Source of the DNA: a virus
Lineage: Duplodnaviria; Caudoviricetes
IMG/VR virus record: IMGVR_UViG_3300025121_000014
Coordinates: 128,001 to 192,000 of that record
Length of the DNA: 64,000 nucleotides
Direction: 5' to 3' (one strand)
The notes under the pieces were generated by a model, which saw only the letters and a list, made by a program, of their open reading frames with translations, was not told the origin of the DNA and searched no databases. Positions 56,940 to 64,000 of this stretch are shown here, piece by piece. Within the stretch, counting starts at the first letter, position 1, and the number at the start of each line of letters is the position of its first letter. A program made the position numbers and the translations under genes.

Positions 56940-57847
56940 ATCTTATATTTATCTTTTATTTGTTTAAGATGATTAAAATAATCATCATAATATTTTTGTA
57001 TTTCACCTTTAAAAAATGGACGTAAACAACTACCCCATTCTCCTTCTTTATCTATTTTATAAGTATCATTTTCATAATTTTCATCGAAATGAGAAAAATG
57101 ATTAAATAATAAATTTTGTTGTTTATTTTTCCATATAATTTTATTATCTCCTAAATATTGATATAATCCTAAATTCCAAGGAGCACCATGACCTATATCA
57201 TCATCAAATATTTTTATATTTTCATCACCAAATAACAACCCAAATGCTTCTAAATATTTTTGATCACCACAAGTACCATATTCTTTTGCCCATTGATTAT
57301 CTTTATCAATCATACAATCTCTCCACCATTTTAAACAATTTATACCAGGAACATCATTTCTAAAATATATTATACCCACGTTATATGCTCCTACATAACA
57401 ACCAAAATTATTATGTCTATGTAATATTAATCCTATACTTTTACCAATCATAATATCAAATAAAATATTAAAATCGCCATAAAATTTAATATCTGAATCT
57501 ATATAAATTAATTCTGGTAAATCAAATTTTTTCATTAAATGATAAGTTATATAAGGCGCAGATGCATAATGATAAGTAGAAACATAATCTGGTCTACCTT
57601 TCATATTATCATCAATAGATTTACTACTTTTCATTAAAATTTTAAATTCATCGTCTTCAATAATATTATTAGCATGATATGGTATTAATTTAGGATTATT
57701 TATATTTTGTATTATATTATATGTTTTATCATCTAAACATAAATAATATAATTTAAAATCTATATTTGATGTACTTTCTAAACTATCAAACAAAACTAAT
57801 CCTTTATCAATATATTTTATATCTGATAATGTAACTAAATATTTCAT
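56936..57847 (-). CDS. GT-A glycosyltransferase
   Basis: LIYIDSDI, YNVGIIYF, GDQKYLE, FNHFS. Confidence 0.7.
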   Translation of the reverse strand: MKYLVTLSDIKYIDKGLVLFDSLESTSNIDFKLYYLCLDDKTYNIIQNINNPKLIPYHANNIIEDDEFKILMKSSKSIDDNMKGRPDYVSTYHYASAPYITYHLMKKFDLPELIYIDSDIKFYGDFNILFDIMIGKSIGLILHRHNNFGCYVGAYNVGIIYFRNDVPGINCLKWWRDCMIDKDNQWAKEYGTCGDQKYLEAFGLLFGDENIKIFDDDIGHGAPWNLGLYQYLGDNKIIWKNKQQNLLFNHFSHFDENYENDTYKIDKEGEWGSCLRPFFKGEIQKYYDDYFNHLKQIKDKYKI

Positions 57848-58507
57848 TTATTTTATTTTATTTTTTATATACAATGCATCACCCCAAGTATAATCACTAT
57901 GCCAAAATGTATCATATCTATTAAAACCAAAACTATATAAAAAGCTATCTAATTCTTCAATAATTACACAATTTTTATATAATTCTACTTTATTAACTTC
58001 ACTCATTATATAATCAATATTTTCTAACGTATCAACAGAACCTTTAAATACTTCTAATTCATATCCTTGAACATCAATATTTATAAAATTATAATTATTT
58101 TTTTCAAATTTGATATTATCTAATTTTTGAATATCAATTTCTATTTTATCATTAAAAACAATAAATGGATATTGTGTTGCATGTAACAATGGTTCTAGTA
58201 AAGAACTAGATTGACTTTCATTATCATATTCAACATACATTTCTGCTTTTCCTATTTTATTACCTAATGCCATATTATATAGATTAACATTATCATCATT
58301 GATATTTATTTTTAATTTTTCAAAAGTATGTGGTAATGGTTCAAAAAACATTAAATTATTTATATTTAAATTTTTATAAACTGAATATTCACTACCTATA
58401 TGCGCACCAATATGAATAACACCTTTAATATTCATATTATATTTATTTTTTAATTGTGCTAAATTCATTTTCATTTTATTATTTTTATTTTTTAGTATTC
58501 TATCCAA
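57848..58507 (-). CDS. FkbM-family methyltransferase
   Basis: HIGAHIG, FEPLP, INIDVQGYELEVFKG, WGDALY; true start probably slightly downstream (MKMNL). Confidence 0.9.
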   Translation of the reverse strand: MDRILKNKNNKMKMNLAQLKNKYNMNIKGVIHIGAHIGSEYSVYKNLNINNLMFFEPLPHTFEKLKININDDNVNLYNMALGNKIGKAEMYVEYDNESQSSSLLEPLLHATQYPFIVFNDKIEIDIQKLDNIKFEKNNYNFINIDVQGYELEVFKGSVDTLENIDYIMSEVNKVELYKNCVIIEELDSFLYSFGFNRYDTFWHSDYTWGDALYIKNKIK

Positions 58508-59181
58508 TTATATTTTGAACTAACTCTTATATTTTTAGGATAATTTCTTACATATGTATGATAATATAAATTATTTGTTTTTAAATTTAAATGTTCTACT
58601 AAACATTTATAAGACGATTCCATTAAATGTATTTCTTTAGCATTTTCTATTATATAGGAATAATCAAATAAACCATATGTTTTTAACGGTCTAATTATTT
58701 TAATATTTTTAGGCAATAAATCTTCTTTTATTTTAAACCCTCTATCTATATCATCATGTACAAAAACATATTCATTTTCATTTAATCCTAATTCATTAAA
58801 AACAAATTTTTCTTTATCTATATTTCTTTCCATATAAAAATTATCCCATTTTTTATTAAAAACTATTCCTGCTAATTTATAGAATTGCATATCAAAATTA
58901 TCAGCATTTACATCACTTAATTGTAAATCACCAAATCCTATTTTTTTAAAATTTTTAATTTTATTATTTCTTATAAATGGTTCTATTACATATTCACCAT
59001 CTAAATCTATTGGGAATAATTCTACATTTATATCTAAATACATTTGTTTAACATTTTCTAAATATACTTTAAAACAAAATATATGAATTTTATCATAACT
59101 TTTATATAATTCTCTTACCATTCCGTTACATATGATATTATCACCTAATCCCATATGATGATATAAGTATAATTCTTCCAT
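58492..59181 (-). CDS. Putative GT-B glycosyltransferase
   Basis: HHMGLGDNIICNG, AKEIHLMESSY. Confidence 0.55.
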   Translation of the reverse strand: MEELYLYHHMGLGDNIICNGMVRELYKSYDKIHIFCFKVYLENVKQMYLDINVELFPIDLDGEYVIEPFIRNNKIKNFKKIGFGDLQLSDVNADNFDMQFYKLAGIVFNKKWDNFYMERNIDKEKFVFNELGLNENEYVFVHDDIDRGFKIKEDLLPKNIKIIRPLKTYGLFDYSYIIENAKEIHLMESSYKCLVEHLNLKTNNLYYHTYVRNYPKNIRVSSKYNWIEY

Positions 59182-59993
59182 TATTTATAATATTGATTAT
59201 ATTTTTTAACATCATATTCATTAGTTCTTTTAGTAACCTGATTATATAATCTGTAATTTACTTGTGTTATTTCATATGGTACTGTTTTATCAATATATGC
59301 ATCAACATGACATTGATGTATAACTGATGGATTATCAATTATTTTTATATTCATTCCTTTTTTATGAATACGTTCTAAAAATTCATTATCATCCCAAGCT
59401 AAACCATTAGCATATCTTTCGTCAAATCCACCTAAATCATATAAATCTGATCTTGTTATAGCTGAACAAAAATGTAACATACTACGTCTATAAATTGAAT
59501 GGTTATACCAACCATTAGTTCTATTATCACATGATATATTATTATAAGGTTCTATAACATTTTTAATATTTTCTACGTAATTTTCTTCTTTATCAACATT
59601 ATTTATTAATTCAGTTAAATTTTTATCTACTGAATAACAAGCATAAGTTAAATATGTATTACCTTCTATATTTTTTTTAACAGATTCTATAATATTACCC
59701 ATATGAATACATTCTGGATTCTGTATTATAATTACATCATTTGTAATTTGATTAAATCCTATATTATATGGTATACATGGATTCATCCAATGTTTTTTAT
59801 CTTTATCTATTTTAATAATTTTAATATTCAAATCAAAAATATCTTTAAACTCAGTTATATCTTCATAACTCGCATCATCAATAATTAAAATTTCTATATC
59901 TTCATCATATTTCATATATGATGACATAGATTTTAATGTATTAAATAATATACTTTTCCTATTATAATATGACATTATTATTGTTATGCTCAT
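59181..59993 (-). CDS. GT2-family glycosyltransferase
   Basis: IIMSYYNR, IIDDAS, YNIG, GGFDERY...WDDNEF. Confidence 0.85.
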   Translation of the reverse strand: MSITIIMSYYNRKSILFNTLKSMSSYMKYDEDIEILIIDDASYEDITEFKDIFDLNIKIIKIDKDKKHWMNPCIPYNIGFNQITNDVIIIQNPECIHMGNIIESVKKNIEGNTYLTYACYSVDKNLTELINNVDKEENYVENIKNVIEPYNNISCDNRTNGWYNHSIYRRSMLHFCSAITRSDLYDLGGFDERYANGLAWDDNEFLERIHKKGMNIKIIDNPSVIHQCHVDAYIDKTVPYEITQVNYRLYNQVTKRTNEYDVKKYNQYYK

Positions 59994-60002
59994 AATCTAT
60001 TT

Positions 60003-60695
60003 TTATTTTTTATAATATTTTTCAATTATAGGTGAACGCTGATCACCTAACGGTAAATCATTTTCAGCAATTGCTTCTCCAATAAAAGCAAAATTATCTA
60101 TTTTTCTATCTCTTTTTATGGGTATACCTATATTTTCATAATTATAATATTCATCATGTATTAGACAATCATTTTTAATAATCGGATATAAAATATCTCT
60201 TAGAAACATTTGATCAGTCGTTCTATTTCTATTATAATTAGCCGAATTTTTAATATAATTGTCCATTAATTCCTTTATATTAGTAATAATTCTGCCTTTT
60301 CCTCCCCACATACCAGCATTTATTACCCAACTATGACCAACTGGATGATCCCTTATTATATGAAAAGATTTATTAGATTCTATCCATTCACTAACAGCAA
60401 TTTCATCTCTTTCACTTATTCTAGAATCACAATCCCTTGATATAAAATAATCTACATTTTCACTTAAAGGAAAAAATCGCCAAGTTGAATTAATAAATCC
60501 TCTATCTTCATTAGTATTTATCAAATTAACACCATTATCTTTTAATTCATTTAAAATATTTATAGAAGTGGTATTATTATGATAAACTCTCATTTCCCAA
60601 TCAGTAAAAAGTTTTTTATGAAGCTTTGAATTATTTATAGCACCTATTGTATATTTTGATTCATTTCCATATAAAGAAAAACTTATTACTTTCAT
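60003..60695 (-). CDS. Putative GT-A glycosyltransferase-like protein
   Basis: ISFSLYG, WRFFPL, FISRDCDSR, FHIIRDHP, DQMFL. Confidence 0.55.
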   Translation of the reverse strand: MKVISFSLYGNESKYTIGAINNSKLHKKLFTDWEMRVYHNNTTSINILNELKDNGVNLINTNEDRGFINSTWRFFPLSENVDYFISRDCDSRISERDEIAVSEWIESNKSFHIIRDHPVGHSWVINAGMWGGKGRIITNIKELMDNYIKNSANYNRNRTTDQMFLRDILYPIIKNDCLIHDEYYNYENIGIPIKRDRKIDNFAFIGEAIAENDLPLGDQRSPIIEKYYKK

Positions 60696-60696
60696 T

Positions 60697-61506
60697 TTAT
60701 ATAATTTGTAATTTTTTTAAAGTATTATAAATATTATCTTCTGATATTAAATATTTTTTGGCTTTTTCAAAATTTATTTTAACATATTCAAACACTTCAT
60801 TATATTTATTTTCATTTAATGTATTTATAATATTATTTAAGTCTAAATAAGAATCAATTTGAATTATACCTCTATTATCAAAAAAATCATTAATACTTGG
60901 ACAACCGTAATATATAGGTATAGTCCCCGTCATAAAACAGTCAATTAATTTTTCTGTAAAATAATAATCTTTTTTAGTATTTTCTATTGCAACAGAAAAT
61001 CTATAATCTTTTAACCCATCTAACTTATATTCTATGTTATTAAACCCTCTTCCATATATTTCTAAACCTTTACAATTTTTAATTACATCATGTCTTAATT
61101 TATGACCAATTGTAAAATTTTTATCTGATGATATAATTGATATATTTTTTGTTTTATCATAAATTAAATGATCTTCTGGTTTTATCCAACAACCACCTAC
61201 AGGATTTAATTTAAATTTATCATTTAAATCTAATAAATCTTTATCGAATGTTAAAATTAAATCAAATTTATCATAATTATTAGCTATCCATTCGTATGAA
61301 CTTTTAGTAATAACAGGTGATTCTAATAACCAAGCTATTTTAGTTTTTATATTTAAATTAACACTTTTAAGATTATTATCAGTAAATATAACTATATCAT
61401 CAATAGAATATGGTGTTCTGTCCCATTTCATTTTTGATGATTTATTGAATAATGTGCTATATTCTACATGATTAAATATACTATCTTGTATCTTTATATT
61501 TACCAT
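60697..61506 (-). CDS. GT10-family (alpha-1,3/4-fucosyltransferase-like) glycosyltransferase
   Basis: YRFSVAIEN...YFTEKLIDCFMTGTIPIYYG. Confidence 0.85.
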   Translation of the reverse strand: MVNIKIQDSIFNHVEYSTLFNKSSKMKWDRTPYSIDDIVIFTDNNLKSVNLNIKTKIAWLLESPVITKSSYEWIANNYDKFDLILTFDKDLLDLNDKFKLNPVGGCWIKPEDHLIYDKTKNISIISSDKNFTIGHKLRHDVIKNCKGLEIYGRGFNNIEYKLDGLKDYRFSVAIENTKKDYYFTEKLIDCFMTGTIPIYYGCPSINDFFDNRGIIQIDSYLDLNNIINTLNENKYNEVFEYVKINFEKAKKYLISEDNIYNTLKKLQII

Positions 61507-62255
61507 ATTAAAATTGAATTATTTTTATGTGTTTTTGGTTCTTCTTCTTTCATTGATATATTATTATTAATTAAATTAATTAATTCGTCTAAATTATAAG
61601 AATTTATATTAAATTTATCACTTATAAAATTGGCTGTTATATATCCATTTTTACAATTATTCAATATTTTATTTATATAAATATCTTGAATATTTTTATC
61701 ACACTCTGTAAATGCATAATTAGATATAACCAAATCATAATTTTCAATATCTTTTAATTGTGTTATGTCTTTAAAAAAAACATTATTTATATTGTTTAAA
61801 CTTAAATATTTTTTTGATAAATCTAATGATTCTTCTAAATCAATTAAAGTATATGAATTAAATTTAAAATATTTAGAAAAAATTAAACATTGTCCACCAT
61901 ATCCACCACCAATTTCAACTATATTTTTATTATTAAAATCCCCTAATATTATTAAATCAGATAAAACTTTAACATATCTTAATGTACTTGGTGATATATA
62001 TCCTATATTTTCAAATAATATTTTATTTGGTGTACCAAATTCATCATTAACTTTAAATTTATTAATATCATTAATCAATTGATTATTATCACGTTCTATT
62101 ACTTTTAAATATTCTTTTGCTTGACTTTCAGATGTATGTTCTAATATTTCTGTATAATCTGGCAATTGTTTAAATTTATTAAATAAAGATTGATTAATTA
62201 AAATTTGTTTAATAATATTTTTATATTTATCTGTATCACTTATACTACTTTTCAT
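61500..62255 (-). CDS. Putative sugar O-methyltransferase
   Basis: SPSTLRYV, VEIGGGYGG, DLVISNYAFTEC. Confidence 0.75.
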   Translation of the reverse strand: MKSSISDTDKYKNIIKQILINQSLFNKFKQLPDYTEILEHTSESQAKEYLKVIERDNNQLINDINKFKVNDEFGTPNKILFENIGYISPSTLRYVKVLSDLIILGDFNNKNIVEIGGGYGGQCLIFSKYFKFNSYTLIDLEESLDLSKKYLSLNNINNVFFKDITQLKDIENYDLVISNYAFTECDKNIQDIYINKILNNCKNGYITANFISDKFNINSYNLDELINLINNNISMKEEEPKTHKNNSILIW

Positions 62256-63042
62256 TCAATTTTAAATTTATTTTTATTTCTTGATGACAAGATATATTAT
62301 TAATATTATCAAAATCTTTCATATCTATAATATAATCATCTAAATATTTATCATTTAATTCGTCAATATTTTCATTGCCATGTTTATTTGGATTATTATT
62401 TTGAACTATATTACAAGGATTATTAATTATAATTGATTTTTGATAACATATCATTTTTGGTAAATTTATTGGTTTAACTGCCATATTTCCTTCAAACGAA
62501 TTAGGATTTGTATAATTCATATATAATATATATGGTAATATTTCATTAGTTCTAAATATATTACCATCTACTGACATAGGATAACCATAATCTCCTTTTT
62601 GATTTCTCCAATAAAATATATTATCATTATCAAAATCTGGATTAGAAATAGGAATAGATGCAGCATAACAATAAGTTAATCCAGGTTGTAATCTTAAACT
62701 TCTACATAATATTTCTTTATCATTTTTAAAAATATTCATTTGATTATCAAAGAAATCAAAATCATTTTTAAAAACAATATCATCAACAAAAAATGTAGTA
62801 AATTCATTTGATTGATTAACTAAATTAATTAAATCTAATTTAAAATACTTTTCTATTACAAAATTAATATGATGGAATTTATTAATTAATTTATCATATC
62901 CATTCTTAAAAGAATCATTTGAATATGTATATAATACATTAATAATATATTTATCATAATCTTTAACATATTTAATAAAACTTCTAATAAATAAATCTAA
63001 TTGCAATGCTCTATCTTTACTGAATACTATTATATTTATCAT
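62245..63042 (-). CDS. Putative GT-A glycosyltransferase-like protein
   Basis: IVFSKDRALQL, FFVDDIVF, YPMSVDG, NPNSFEG. Confidence 0.55.
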   Translation of the reverse strand: MINIIVFSKDRALQLDLFIRSFIKYVKDYDKYIINVLYTYSNDSFKNGYDKLINKFHHINFVIEKYFKLDLINLVNQSNEFTTFFVDDIVFKNDFDFFDNQMNIFKNDKEILCRSLRLQPGLTYCYAASIPISNPDFDNDNIFYWRNQKGDYGYPMSVDGNIFRTNEILPYILYMNYTNPNSFEGNMAVKPINLPKMICYQKSIIINNPCNIVQNNNPNKHGNENIDELNDKYLDDYIIDMKDFDNINNISCHQEIKINLKLNEK

Positions 63043-63968
63043 TTTATATTTTCTTCATAAATTTTTATAGTCTGTTTAATTCCATCATCTAAATTAATTT
63101 TAGGTTTCCAACCTAAATTATTTATTTTAGAAGTATCTAATTGTTTTCTAAATGTACCATTTGGTTTACTATCATCCCATATTATATTACCTTTAAAATC
63201 ATAAGCTAATGCTATTTTTGTAGCTAATTCTTTTATTGTTAAATCTATACCAGTACCAACATTTAACGGAATAACACCATCATAATTTAACATTAAAAAT
63301 AACATAGCATCAGATAAATCATCAACATGTAAAAATTCTCTATAAACAGAACCATCACCCCATAATGTTACATCACTTTTATTTATTTTTGCTTCATAAA
63401 ATTTTCTAATTAATGCAGCAAATACGTGTGATTTATTTAAATCATAATTATCTTTTATTGATCCATATAAATTAGTTGGCATAACTGATATGAAATTACA
63501 CCCATATTGTTTTTTATAACTTTCTGCCATTTTTAAACCAGCAATTTTTGCAATAGCATATGGTTCATTTGTTTGCTCTAATTCACTAGTTAATAAATAT
63601 TCTTCTTTTATTGGTTGTGGGCAATTTTTAGGATATATACAAGAACTTCCTAATAATAATAATTTTTTAACTCCAAATTCTTTTGAATTATGAATAATAT
63701 TAGATTGCATCATAATATTATTATAAATGTAATCAGCTCTACGAATATTATTATCATAAATTCCACCTACTAAACCAGCACACATAAAAATATATTCAGG
63801 CATCATACTATTAAAAAACATTTTTGTTTTATATTGATCAGTTAAATCTAATTCATTACTAGATAGTGTTATTAAATTACTATAACCTTCTTGTTTTAAT
63901 TTATTGACCATTGCAGATCCAACTAAACCATTATGCCCTGCAATATAAATTCTACTATCTTTATTCAT
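63039..63968 (-). CDS. fcl: GDP-L-fucose synthase (Fcl/WcaG; could also act as ColC)
   Basis: GHNGLVGSA, AGLVGGI, GSSCIYPK, YAIAKIAG, MPTNLYG, REFLHVDDL. Confidence 0.95.
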   Translation of the reverse strand: MNKDSRIYIAGHNGLVGSAMVNKLKQEGYSNLITLSSNELDLTDQYKTKMFFNSMMPEYIFMCAGLVGGIYDNNIRRADYIYNNIMMQSNIIHNSKEFGVKKLLLLGSSCIYPKNCPQPIKEEYLLTSELEQTNEPYAIAKIAGLKMAESYKKQYGCNFISVMPTNLYGSIKDNYDLNKSHVFAALIRKFYEAKINKSDVTLWGDGSVYREFLHVDDLSDAMLFLMLNYDGVIPLNVGTGIDLTIKELATKIALAYDFKGNIIWDDSKPNGTFRKQLDTSKINNLGWKPKINLDDGIKQTIKIYEENIK

Positions 63969-64000
63969 TATTATATTTTATTTTTTAATTCATCATATAA

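Noticed and set aside
92-62082. Many short ORF-track calls antisense to, or nested in, longer genes (e.g. 92..283, 2242..2430, 3599..3787, 10230..10412, 14667..14918, 21439..21624, 38173..38481, 61765..62082)
   Set aside because: They are shadow ORFs with F/L/I/Y-rich composition, opposite or inside genes that have clear motifs.
1-64000. Genome-wide amber recoding (code 15), suggested by the CUA tRNA
   Set aside because: Long core and glycan genes are uninterrupted under code 11, and no gene in the window needs TAG read-through. The TerL and UvsW breaks end in TAA.
63971-64000. 3' end of an upstream glycan-cluster gene (LYDELKNKI-stop on the minus strand)
   Set aside because: Only 30 nt are visible, so it cannot be assigned; noted as a sign that the cluster continues beyond the window.

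Overview
A 64-kb, very AT-rich segment of a large T4-like (jumbo/huge) tailed phage. The host is most likely Bacteroidota: there are TTTG-N19/20-TAnnTTTG promoters, SSC-lipobox lipoproteins and no obvious Shine-Dalgarno sites. The left ~41 kb mixes small accessory ORFs with core genes: gp14-like neck protein, gp25-like baseplate protein, terminase, clamp-like protein, UvsW/UvsY, RNase H, DHFR, Nudix, CoaD and two DNA methyltransferases. The right ~22 kb is one minus-strand cluster of 28 nucleotide-sugar, glycosyltransferase and methyltransferase genes with no evident membrane assembly proteins. Highlights: (1) Two essential genes are each broken into two ORFs by naturally split inteins. TerL carries an atypically split intein (53-aa IntN, 150-aa IntC) whose halves lie ~2.6 kb apart around an antisense Vsr-like endonuclease gene and a tnpB relic. 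UvsW carries a canonically split intein (98/39 aa) with a paralogous endonuclease immediately downstream. (2) An IS200/IS605 family is present as one intact tnpB element, one internally deleted copy, three ORF-less ~350-bp mosaic mini-elements and a left-end relic. The five copies with both ends share the TTTAT target motif and the TTCAT right end. (3) A tRNA with a CUA (amber) anticodon sits in a genome that otherwise reads in standard code 11. All product calls come from motifs read by eye; no database searches were run.
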